A stretch of DNA of 64,000 bases from a virus. Shown one piece after another: positions 9,531-19,093 of the stretch. Numbering within the stretch: the first letter of the stretch is position 1; the number at the start of each line of letters is the position of its first letter. The stretch is from positions 32,001-96,000 of IMG/VR virus record IMGVR_UViG_3300031539_000004; one strand, written 5' to 3'. Under the pieces are notes generated by a model. That model saw nothing but the letters and a program-made list of their open reading frames with translations. It was not told the origin of the DNA and did no database searches. The translations under genes were made by a program, and so were the position numbers.

Positions 9531-9771
9531 GGCCCACCTATCACGGTGGGCCGTTCGCATATCCGACCAAGGAGCGAATCCGTGAGTGATGAACCGTCGC
9601 ACCAAGACCGCGGGCGTGAGCGTATCGCGAAGCCAGGGGCCGGTGTAGTTGGCCTTCTCGGCGGCGATCGCAAGCTCCGCGGTCGGCTGACGGCGAGCGG
9701 CTACCGTTGAGGTCAAGCGGCCCACCTTCACGGTGGGTCGTTTGCGTACCCGACCAAGGAGCAATCTGATG
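9531..9771 (+). repeat. Two ~52-bp direct repeats flanking a structured leader
   Basis: GGCCCACCT(A)TCACGGTGGG..CCGACCAAGGAGC at 9531-9583 and 9719-9771. Confidence 0.85.
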
Positions 9772-10446
9772 ACCCCCGACCCTTCCGACAACCCGCGCGC
9801 GGCGTGGCAGAAGATCGCCGCTGGCGTTCTCGCCGTCACCCTGCTCGCCTTCGTTCTCATCCTCACCGCTCGAGCGGCCGGCGAAGACGTGATGACCACA
9901 GCGGCCGCCGAGTCGCCACCCGCCACCCAGGCGGCCACGACAACCACCGAGGCCCCTGCGACGACGACCACGATCGACCAGGCCGTCGTCACCGAGTTCC
10001 TCGACACATGGCAGGACACCGAGAACGCCGCGGCGGCCGAAGCCTTCGCAGCGGAGCAGGCCCGCCTCGAGGCCGAAGCGGCTGAGCAGGCCCGGATCGC
10101 CGAGGAGGCCCGCCAAGCCGAGCAGGCCCGCCAGGCCGCGGCCGCCCAAGCGGCGACCACCACAGCCCCGCCAGCACCACCGCCACCACCCGCGACCAAC
10201 TACGGGTCCGGTGCCTGCGGCGGCGACCTGCCACCGTGCTATGTGATGATGCGCGAGTCCGGCGGGAACATCACCGCTCAGAACCCGGTGTCGACGGCGA
10301 GCGGGAAGTGGCAGTTCCTCGACTCGACGTGGGCCGGCTACGGCGGATACGCCAAGGCCCGCTACGCGCCCGAGTCGGTGCAGGACGACCGGGCACGCCA
10401 GTTGTGGGCCGGCGGCGCGGGCTGCTCGCACTGGTCCGCATGCTGA
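9769..10446 (+). CDS. Secreted/membrane-anchored transglycosylase (lysozyme-like, Rpf/SceD-type)
   Basis: N-terminal hydrophobic helix, Thr/Ala/Pro linker, C-terminal MRESGGN...STASGKWQFLDSTW...QDDRA. Confidence 0.9.
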   Translation: MTPDPSDNPRAAWQKIAAGVLAVTLLAFVLILTARAAGEDVMTTAAAESPPATQAATTTTEAPATTTTIDQAVVTEFLDTWQDTENAAAAEAFAAEQARLEAEAAEQARIAEEARQAEQARQAAAAQAATTTAPPAPPPPPATNYGSGACGGDLPPCYVMMRESGGNITAQNPVSTASGKWQFLDSTWAGYGGYAKARYAPESVQDDRARQLWAGGAGCSHWSAC

Positions 10447-10734
10447 CCCTCGAGGAGCGCCCGAGCTCGAGCCAAGCGAACCACCGCCCGACCGGTGACC
10501 CATGCCGATGCGGAGCGCCGTGGCGCTCACCGATCCACCTGTGCCTGCTGTGCGGCCAGACCGGTTGCGACCACGAGGAGTACGCCGAGCTCGGCCGTTG
10601 ACTCACCGCCAGACCGACGGCTACGTTCCGCACCAGCGGTTCCAACCGTTCATCATCGGGAGCGCCCTCGACCCACCGTCGGGGGCGTTCGCCGTTGGGG
10701 GATCAAATCCCTTCCCTGCTCGAGGGGGCGCTTG

Positions 10735-10803
10735 GCCCTCGCCGACTGGATCGGTCCCGGTTTCCTAAACCTGGGGTTGCAGGTTCGACTCCTGCCGGGG
10801 GCG
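10735..10803 (+). tRNA. tRNA-Arg(CCT), atypical short D-arm, no encoded CCA
   Basis: Acceptor GCCCTCG/CGGGGGC; anticodon loop TT-CCT-AA; T-arm GCAGG-TTCGACT-CCTGC; 69 nt. Confidence 0.7.
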
Positions 10804-10830
10804 CTTGACACGATCCGTACCCTGCCAAGG

Positions 10831-11688
10831 ATGGCGCTGATCGATGTGTTCCCGGCCCCCGAGTGGGAGATCGTCACCTCGGGCTACGGCTACCGCTGGG
10901 GGCGAATGCACCAAGGGGTCGACTACGGGTCGCCCGACCCTGGCCGGTTGCCGATGCTCCGAGCACCGGTCTTCGCACCGTTCGGCGGCGTGGTCACGAC
11001 CGGTTCTGAGTCGGGTGCCGGCAACTGGTTGTGGGTCGCGTCGGGCGGGAAGCTGTTCAAGTCCTTCCACCTCGACAGTTTCGCGGTGCGGAACGGCCAG
11101 CGGGTAGAAGCCGGCCAGCTCATCGCCTACTCCGACAACACCGGAGCGTCGACCGGCTCGCACAACCATTGGGAGCTGTGGATCGACGGTCAGCCGATCG
11201 ACCCGCAACCCGCGATCGAGGCGGCCCGCGGTAACGTGCCACCGCCGCCAGAACCACCGGAGGATGAACCCATGAGTGCTCAAGACGTCGCCGAGCTCAC
11301 GGCCCTGATCAACGCCAACGACGCGAGGCTCCGCAACGACCTCGGCGTGTGGGAGCACGACACCCGGACCGTGGTGATCAACGGCGTCGAGCACAAGCTG
11401 AACGCGCCGATCGCCGCGGCCGGCTGGGCGTCGCGCCCGTACCTCGTCGGCATCGAGGGCGAGCCGGCCGTCTACGACCTGCGGCGCGTCGAGGACGACC
11501 CGTACTGGCAGCTCGTCCACATCTCCGCTCCGGGCACCGACGGCTCCGACACCGACGCGAATCAGGCGTGGCTGGGCGTGGTGATCCAGACCTCCGCGAA
11601 CCCGGACGTCCAGTGGTACAACCCTGAGCGCCAGGCCGATGCGGTGGCGTCGCTGCGTTCGCTGCCGGGGTACGTCGCCTCGAGCTGA
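10831..11688 (+). CDS. M23 family peptidase (putative endolysin)
   Basis: HQGVD, HLD and STGSHNHWE zinc motifs. Confidence 0.92.
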   Translation: MALIDVFPAPEWEIVTSGYGYRWGRMHQGVDYGSPDPGRLPMLRAPVFAPFGGVVTTGSESGAGNWLWVASGGKLFKSFHLDSFAVRNGQRVEAGQLIAYSDNTGASTGSHNHWELWIDGQPIDPQPAIEAARGNVPPPPEPPEDEPMSAQDVAELTALINANDARLRNDLGVWEHDTRTVVINGVEHKLNAPIAAAGWASRPYLVGIEGEPAVYDLRRVEDDPYWQLVHISAPGTDGSDTDANQAWLGVVIQTSANPDVQWYNPERQADAVASLRSLPGYVASS

Positions 11689-11739
11689 GGGGGCGGCCTG
11701 CAAAGCCGTACATCGCGGGTTCGAGTCCCGCCTGGCGCT
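11662..11739 (+). pseudogene. tRNA-Cys(GCA)-like remnant; 3' half intact, 5' half degenerate and overlapping the M23 gene end
   Basis: GCGGC-CTGCAAA-GCCGT anticodon arm, GCGGG-TTCGAGT-CCCGC T-arm, U73 discriminator; poor acceptor/D-arm. Confidence 0.6.
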
Positions 11740-11740
11740 C

Positions 11741-13045
11741 TCAGAAGTCGGTGTCGATCGCCGACGGGAACAGCTCGCCGGTCTCGGCGTTCACTACCTC
11801 GAGGCCCGAGTGGTCGATGTATCGCTGGCACATCATGTCGACCCACTTCGGTTCCAGCTCCATGAGCGCGGCCCGCCGGCCCGTCTTGTGCGCGGCGATG
11901 AGCAGCGACCCGGACCCGCCGAACGGGTCGTAGGCGAGCTCGCCCGAGTGGAGGTGGTTCTCGAGCGGTTGGACGTAGATGGAGACCGGCTTCTGCGTCG
12001 GGTGGGCGGTCTTGTCGTCGGTCTTCGATGACATGATGTGCTTCGGCGAGGGGGCCTCCCACACCGTCGACCGGTTGCGATCGACGTGGAACGGGACGGT
12101 GCGGCCCTTCTTGCGGGCGAACCAGGCGGGCTCGTGCTGCCAGTGGTAGTAGCTGCGGCCGAGCGAGAACCGTTGCTTGACCCACACGATCTGCTGGAGG
12201 ATCTCGTACCCGGCGTCCTCGAGGCCTTCCCACACGACGTGCGCGTGGCTGGCGGCGTGCCAGACGAGGGCGATGGTGGCGTCGCTGAGCCGGTACGCCT
12301 CACGCCAGTCGTCCTCGTCGTCGTTCGCGACGTGATCGGTGGACCCGGGGGCGAGCTGGGGGAGCGCGGCGTCGCGCCAGGTGTGGTCCAGTTCGATGCC
12401 GTAAGGCGGGTCGGTGAGCATGGCGACCGGGCGCTCGCCGTCGAGGAGGCGGGCCACGTCGGCGGCGTCGGTGCTCGAGCCGCAGAGGAGCCGGTGTTCA
12501 CCGCCGAGGATCCACAGGTCGCCGAGCTTGGTCGTCGGGATGGTGGGCGCGGCGGGGACCGCGTCCTCGTCGCCCTGGCCGGCCCGGAACCCGTTCACCT
12601 TGTAGAGCAGGTCGGCGAGGTCTTCGTCGGCGAACCCGGTGCCGATGAGCGAGTCGGCGTCGGCGATGTCTTTCAGGATGCGGGCGAGGACCGGGTCGTC
12701 GTAGGTCGCGAGGTCGGAGGTCCGGTTGTCGGCGACGAGGATCTTGGCGGCTCGCACGTCGTCTACGTCGAGCCAGATGACCGGGACCTCCTTGAGGCCG
12801 ACCCGGCGGGCGGCGAGGTACCGGTGGTTCCCGGCGAGGATGCGGCCCTTGGCGCGGTCGCCTCGGGGCGTCTGGCAGACGAGCGGGGCGGTGAACCCGT
12901 TCTCGCGGATCGACTCGGCGATGACTTCGACGTTCCCTTCGCGCGGGTTGTCGGGGTGCTGCTCGAGGGCGTCGAGGTTCACGAAGGCCAGCTCGTACCC
13001 TTCGGCCAGGGAGTCGGCGAGCTCGGTGGGGATCGTGTCGGTCAT
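11741..13045 (-). CDS. ParB-like N-domain + N6/N4 DNA methyltransferase
   Basis: HPDNPREG, ILAGNHRY, LVADNR; TDPPYG; HPTQKP; YDPFGGSGS. Confidence 0.95.
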   Translation of the reverse strand: MTDTIPTELADSLAEGYELAFVNLDALEQHPDNPREGNVEVIAESIRENGFTAPLVCQTPRGDRAKGRILAGNHRYLAARRVGLKEVPVIWLDVDDVRAAKILVADNRTSDLATYDDPVLARILKDIADADSLIGTGFADEDLADLLYKVNGFRAGQGDEDAVPAAPTIPTTKLGDLWILGGEHRLLCGSSTDAADVARLLDGERPVAMLTDPPYGIELDHTWRDAALPQLAPGSTDHVANDDEDDWREAYRLSDATIALVWHAASHAHVVWEGLEDAGYEILQQIVWVKQRFSLGRSYYHWQHEPAWFARKKGRTVPFHVDRNRSTVWEAPSPKHIMSSKTDDKTAHPTQKPVSIYVQPLENHLHSGELAYDPFGGSGSLLIAAHKTGRRAALMELEPKWVDMMCQRYIDHSGLEVVNAETGELFPSAIDTDF

Positions 13046-13131
13046 GGCCGTCGAGGGTACACGGGGCGGTTGGTTGCGTAGCCGATCGGGTGACGGTACG
13101 GTCCGACGGCGGCGCGACAGGAGGAGACCGA

Positions 13132-13380
13132 ATGGCTCGAAGTGAAGCGGCACCGAGGCCCGACCCGCCGGCCCAAGAGGTCGGCTTGTATCGGGCGTTC
13201 GATCGCTGGGGGAACGTGATATGGGAGTGCCCGGGGTTCGTGGCGGGGCGGTCGAAGGTCCCGGCGGGGTTCAGCGTGGTGATGGCGGCGATGACGATCA
13301 CCGGTCCCCGAGGGAAGGTGCTCCGCAAGTGGGACCCGTGGGGGGCGCTCGAGCTGGCCCGCAAGCTGGCCGCCGAGTAG
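13132..13380 (+). CDS. Hypothetical protein
   Basis: GGAGGAG RBS; TTGCGT-N17-TACGGT promoter. Confidence 0.6.
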   Translation: MARSEAAPRPDPPAQEVGLYRAFDRWGNVIWECPGFVAGRSKVPAGFSVVMAAMTITGPRGKVLRKWDPWGALELARKLAAE

Positions 13381-13486
13381 GGGTTCTTCGGGGCGGTTCT
13401 GGAAGAAGGCGCTGACCAGCGTCTTCGCGCGGCTCGCCGCCCCGGTTGTAGTTGATCCGGCTACACCGGTCGGGTACGGTGTGTCC

Positions 13487-14476
13487 ATGACGAACACCGC
13501 AACCACGACCTACTGGCTGGTCTGGAGCACCGCCACCGAGGGGGAGCAGAGCATCGGCTTCCGCAACCCCGAGGCCCGGCAGCGCTTCATCGACGCCAGC
13601 ACCAACAGCCCCCACCCGGTACGAGGCTTCCGGGTGATCGCCCAAGGAGAGACCACACGATGACCGAGATGATCGCACTCCCGACCGGCGAGCGCATGCG
13701 CCCGACCGAGGCGCTCGACGCCACCTACATGAGCGACGACCTGACGCTCCACATCCTCGACATGGGCGACGGCAAGCTCCGGGCCTTCACGACTTGGGGA
13801 TCGCTCATGGCGGTCGGCGACTCGGCCTACTTCACGCACGACCAGACGCGCCGAGACCTCGGCCACGGCACCTGCGTGACGACCCGCCACCCCGGCGGGG
13901 CCACCGAGGGCGAGCCGCTGCCCGCCAAGAAGATCCCGCATTGGGTGGCGAAGTGATGATGATCCTCGCCGAGTACGCCACCCCGCACTTCACCTTCCGC
14001 ACCGTGAACCGGATCGCCGGGGACGCGGTGGTCACCATCGAGCGGGCGTGGGCCAAGCACGCCGCCGAGACCGGAGCGGACCCCGACTACTTCGACGCCG
14101 ACGACGTGACGATCCACAACCTCGAGGAGGGGGTCGTCGCCCGCGATGGCGTCGGCCAAGACCCGGGCTTTTACGTCGACCCCGACTTCGCCCGATGACC
14201 ACCACCACCACCACACAAGGAGACGCCGACATGGCGAATGCAACCCTGACAGGACCGAAGGCCGACGAGGCCACCTACCACCGCGAGCGGATGGCCCGAC
14301 TGGTCGGCGCGACGATCACCGTCGCTGACGTGGCGCTGGACGACAGCGACCCGAGCTGGCCCGAGCTGTGGCCGATCCTCAAGGTCACGCTGACCGACGG
14401 CACCGAGGTGCAGCTCGAGATCAGCCGCGACCCCGAGGGCAACGGCCCCGGCCACATCTTCATCGGGGGGGAGTGA
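13487..14476 (+). CDS. Cassette of four small hypothetical ORFs (13487-13663, 13660-13956, 13956-14198, 14231-14476)
   Basis: Leaderless first gene after TTGATC-N17-TACGGT; coupled starts; C/A-rich codons. Confidence 0.65.
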
Positions 14477-14564
14477 CCTGACCCGACACGGTTGCAAGGC
14501 GTAGCCGATGCGGCTACGGTCCCTGCTTCCTGTACCATTCCTGCGACACAAGGAGAGCTACACC

Positions 14565-14879
14565 ATGACACCCACAGCCACCGACACCGACGAGATCGTC
14601 GTCGGCGACGTGCTCGGGCTGGTGGAGATCGCCGCACTCCTCGAGGTCCAGAAGCGCACGCCACGCATGTGGCAATTCCGCGGGCTGCTCCCGGCCGCCG
14701 ACTTCGAGTCGGTGAACCATCAGCCCGCATGGAAGCGCCGCACCGTCCTGAAGTGGGCGGCGACGACCGACCGGCTCCCCGAGTCGGGCGCACTGGACGC
14801 CGAGGCGAAGCGGTATCTCCCGAAGCCGAAGAAGGCCAAGGCCCCCGCCAAGAAGGCAGCGGCCAAGGACAAGAAGTGA
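14565..14879 (+). CDS. HTH DNA-binding protein (MerR/excisionase-like wHTH) with Lys/Ala tail; candidate regulator
   Basis: LGLVEIAALLEVQKRTPRMWQFRGLLPAAD...PAWKRRTV; own promoter overlapped by operator 14501-14517. Confidence 0.8.
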   Translation: MTPTATDTDEIVVGDVLGLVEIAALLEVQKRTPRMWQFRGLLPAADFESVNHQPAWKRRTVLKWAATTDRLPESGALDAEAKRYLPKPKKAKAPAKKAAAKDKK

Positions 14880-15093
14880 GCGGCCCGATCGTCGGGCTGA
14901 GCGCCGAACGAACCGACGAGGTACTCGCGGAGGCCCGCGCCGCTGTTGCGGAAGGGGCGTCCACGATCGCCGAGGTGACCGCCGCGCTCGGCCAGGATGA
15001 GGGCGTCGTCACCGCCGCGCTGCTCCGGTTGCGCGACGCCGGCGACGTCGTTCTCGATCGACAGACCCGCACGTTCCGAGTGGAGGACTGACC

Positions 15094-15474
15094 ATGACCA
15101 TGCCGATCGACTGGCTCGAGTTCGTTGTGCTGGCGCTCGCCGCCTACCGCATCACCCGGTTCCTGCTCTTCGACTCGCTCCTCGGGATGGGGCTGGTCGG
15201 CAAGGAGTTCGCCTCACCGCTCGCCGCGAAGGTTGACCGGTTCGGCTACGACGAGGAGGGCAACGACCGGTCGTGGATCCGCGGCAAGCTCTCTGACCTG
15301 CTCACCTGCCCGTGGTGCCTCGGGTTCTGGATCTCGGCCGCGGCGTACTTCTCGTGGCTCGGCGCGACCGAGGGGTGGGACTTCATTGTCGACACCCCGC
15401 TGCCCGTTCACGGGCTGGTCGTCTTCGCGATCGCCGCGGTCCAGGGGTACCTGAACAGCAGGCCGGGCGCGTGA
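15094..15474 (+). CDS. DUF1360-like membrane protein
   Basis: LAAYRITRFL...LLTCPWCLGFW; hydrophobic helices. Confidence 0.8.
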   Translation: MTMPIDWLEFVVLALAAYRITRFLLFDSLLGMGLVGKEFASPLAAKVDRFGYDEEGNDRSWIRGKLSDLLTCPWCLGFWISAAAYFSWLGATEGWDFIVDTPLPVHGLVVFAIAAVQGYLNSRPGA

Positions 15475-15783
15475 CGGCCGCGCTTCGCTGCGACGGCCCG
15501 GACTGCCCGGAGCTGGTGGTCGACCCCGAGCGGGCGGTCCGCTGGTGGCGACTCGAGCGGAACGGCGCGAACATCGATGTGCCCGAAATCCCCGGCGAGA
15601 TCCCGCAGATGCGGCTGATGACCGGCGGTCTCGAGGTTCATCTGCACGGCGACGAGGACGAGGAGGTGGCCGCCCCCGAGCTCGGCGAGGAAGATCTCGA
15701 CCCGGCGGTGCTCCACTTCCACGCGGCCCGATGCCTCGCGGGGTGGGCCGACATGGCCGCGGCGCTCGGCGAGGAGTGACCCG

Positions 15784-16167
15784 GTGCCCGATTGGGAGGA
15801 CTGCGTCGCCGCCGTCGCCTTCGTTTCGGGGTTCGGCCAGGCCGAGCTGACCGGCACCGCTGGCCCGCAGAAGCGGCCGCTGACGCAGTGGCGTGGCGTG
15901 ATGGCGTACATCGCCGTCGATGAGGCGGGCGTCGGGCTGGCCGAGCTCGCCGCCCGATGTGGCCGCTCGAGGTCGTGGGCGACGCAGACCGTTCACCGGA
16001 TCGAACGCCAGCTCGATCGAACGTCGGCCCACTACGACCCGGGTCTGGTCGTCGCGATCGGTCGGGCACGCCAAGCGATCGGTCTCGGTGTGCAGGCGAA
16101 GATGGGCGACCAGCTACCCGAGAACGTGGTGAGCTTGGCGGCGCACCGCCGAGCGAGGAGCGCCTGA
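15784..16167 (+). CDS. HTH protein resembling DnaA domain IV
   Basis: QWRGVMAYIAVDEAGVGLAELAARCGRSRSWATQTVHRIE parallels the DnaA C-terminal pattern. Confidence 0.45.
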   Translation: MPDWEDCVAAVAFVSGFGQAELTGTAGPQKRPLTQWRGVMAYIAVDEAGVGLAELAARCGRSRSWATQTVHRIERQLDRTSAHYDPGLVVAIGRARQAIGLGVQAKMGDQLPENVVSLAAHRRARSA

Positions 16168-19009
16168 TGGGCGACGTGACCCCCCACCGCGACCCGCGGA
16201 CCCCGCAGGAGATCTACGACCGGACCGCGGCGGCCGACGTGTTCCCCCGCGACCCCCGCCGGCGAGGCGAGGTCACCGTCACGCTCGACGCCGGGAACAT
16301 GGCGGTCATCATGGAAGCCTTGGCCCACTACCACGACAACGGCCCGAGGCAGCGTTCGTGCCGGGAGACGCAGCTCGCCATGCTCCGGTTCGAGATCGGC
16401 CGTGAGGGGGCCGCTGAGGGCGTCTCAGGGGAACGTGGTCTGCCCGCCGCCTCCGACATTGAGGACCAGCTACCGGTGAGGAGAACCGAATGAGCGACAG
16501 CCCGAGGTGCGTCCCGACCCCCCGACCTTCCGACCCGGTCCCCTGGCCGGCGCTCGCCCTGTTCCTGACCGCTTGCGTGGTGGTCGGCGCGGCCGTCGGG
16601 TGGACGATCGCCGGGCGGATCGCTGACCGGCTGGGGGCATGATGAACCGGTACCGGATCGTCTACCGGCAGGCGTGGCGCACCGACAACGGCCAGGAGAT
16701 CACCCCCGACCCGACCATCCTCCACGCCGACGGGTTCGAAGAGGGGCCATACGGGGTGAGCTTCTACCGCAACAACCCCGACCGGCGACCCGACGAACCG
16801 GACCGGGTCTACTGGATCCCGCTTGACGTGATCCGCCTCGTCAAGCTGGAGCCCGACGATGAGTGAGCTGGTCGACGCCGCGTACCTGCTCATCGCCGAC
16901 GCTCGGGCGATGATGGCCCACTTCGCCACCGAGGACCCCGAGCGGGTCCTGCGCCCCGGGTGGCAGCGGATGGGCGAGCACGCCGACGCCCTCGAGGCCG
17001 CCCTCGACGCCAGCGACCTGCCGCTCACCGACCCGGGAGCCAACACGCCGGGACCGGTGCGAGGTGGAGCGCTCGCCACCGAACGGGCCGCGGCCCTGGC
17101 CGTGATGCCGAACACCGGCACCGTGCGCCTTGAGGTGCTCGAACGGATCGCCGCCGCCGGCGATGACGGCAGAACCCACCCCGAGCTCGAGGAGGTTCTG
17201 AAGGGCCGCGCCGCGCCGAGCTCGGTGCGGACCCGCTGCTCCGAGCTGGTGACCGGCGGCTGGGTTCGGGAGACCGCCGAGACCAGGCCGACCGCGGCGG
17301 GGCTGGACGCTACGGTCTGGAAGCTCACCGAGAAGGGCCGCGCCGAGCTTGGGCTGGAACCCTCGCCGCCGGCTTCGTTGTTCAACTGAGGAGGAATCCG
17401 AATGGATCAGCACGAATCAGACCGGGCCGCGACCTTCAGGGTCTTGGGCGAGATCGCCGGCGAGCGGGACCGCCAGATCGATCGGCATGGCCACAACCCT
17501 GACAAGGACGACCGGCAGCCGATGTCATGGTGGGGCTGGCTTCTGGCGCGGCGGGCGACGGATCTGTCGTGCCCGGTGACCGCGGTGGTCGCCGATGACC
17601 CGCGCCGGCAGCTCCTCGAGATCGCCTCTATCGCCGTCGCCGCGCTCGAGTCGCTCGATCGTCGGGTCGCGAAGGTCGATCCGCTGGGGGCGACGTTGCT
17701 CGGCTGCTCTTGCGGGTTCCCGGCTCAGCTCCCCGACGATCACCGGGCCGGGTGCATCTACTCGGGCTACCCGCCCGAGGTCGAGGTCAACGGCCACACC
17801 TACCTGAACCCGCACTACTTGACCGTGACCGAGGACTCCGAGCTGGTGGTCGATGATCTCGCCGAGGGGATGCCTCCGGTGATCGTCGCGTCGTACACGC
17901 CGGCCGACGAGGTGGACCGCGGCGAGGATCAGCCTCCGAGCCTCTTCGAAGCTCACCACTACCGGACCCACGACCGGCCGTGGCCTCCGTACCCGCACAA
18001 CGATCCCGACGCCGGGAAGGAGCCGGGCGACCCGCCGCGGAAGACCTTGCCTGAGATGGGGGGACCGAAGACGTGACCGCACCGATGGATGACCCGGGCC
18101 TCCTCACCGAAGCCGAGCACAAGCTGATGGACCTGCTCGGCGAGGTCGCCGACCGGTTCCGCATGGCGATCCTCGACTCGTCCACCGAGGACGGGAACGC
18201 CCGAGATCACCGCCCGGAGATCGCTGACTTCGATTGGAACGAGGTCGCCGCGATCATCCACCAACTGCAGGCGAAGGTGATGAGCCAGGCCGCGGCGCGC
18301 ACCTACCCTGACCGGTACCGGCGACTCGGCGGCCCACCCCCGAGGATCGCCGAGCACCACTACCGCCCGACCAAGGAGACCGCCGATGGCTGACACCTCC
18401 CGCTACTCGCGACCAGGAGCCGACGACGTTCCCGAGGTGACCGTGATCCCCGGCCCGAGCTCGGCGAGCTGCGCGTGCGGCCACCACCTGAATCAGCACA
18501 ACGGGATGACCACTCACCCCGACGACGGCGGCGTGATCGCCAGCGGCTACTGCGTCGCCTGCGACTGCAGCGACTTCGACGCGACCCGCCGAGGCGAGCT
18601 GATCACCCCGAGCTACACCGAGGGCGAATGGGTCGACGTGTTCGAACGGTTCCTCGCCGACCGCCACTGCATCCTCTACGGCCAAGCGCGCCCGTGCTCC
18701 TCCGACGCCGAGCGCCGAGCCGTCGCCGAATGGTTCGCCGCCGAGGTCATCGCCGCCGCCGGCGAGGTCATCGAGGGCTGATCCGTGACCGGGACGCTGA
18801 TCGAGGATGATGAACCCGAGCGACCCGAGGGGCTGCTCGAGGTGGGCCTCTGGTGCAACGTCTGCCTGCTCCCGTCGGCCGCGGTCGCCCCGGTGACGCT
18901 CACCGCTGGTCCTGGCGGCCGGGTGATCGGCCAGATGGTCGTGACGATCTGCCTCGATTGCGGGGCCGTTCTGGACGGCGACGGCAACCCGAAACCAGCG
19001 ACGATCTGA
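16167..19009 (+). CDS. Run of coupled hypothetical ORFs (16167-16493, 16639-16866, 16859-17389 wHTH-like, 17402-18076, 18073-18393, 18386-18781, 18785-19009)
   Basis: Overlapping start/stop codons, consistent codon bias. Confidence 0.6.
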
Positions 19010-19093
19010 ACAACCCCGTGACCAGCGTCTTTGCACCCCCGATCCGGCCCGCAAGACTGGACGGGTGTAGTCGGACCCGCTACAGTGGTCCAC

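Noticed and set aside
9590-9720. c-di-AMP (ydaO) riboswitch upstream of the transglycosylase
   Set aside because: ATCGCGAA and an antisense CCGTCAGC resemble fragments, but the GGGGAACC and GGGGTGAA cores are absent on either strand
10805-10830. TTGACA as -35 for the M23 gene
   Set aside because: Only 6-8 nt from the plausible -10 (TACCCT); spacing is incompatible
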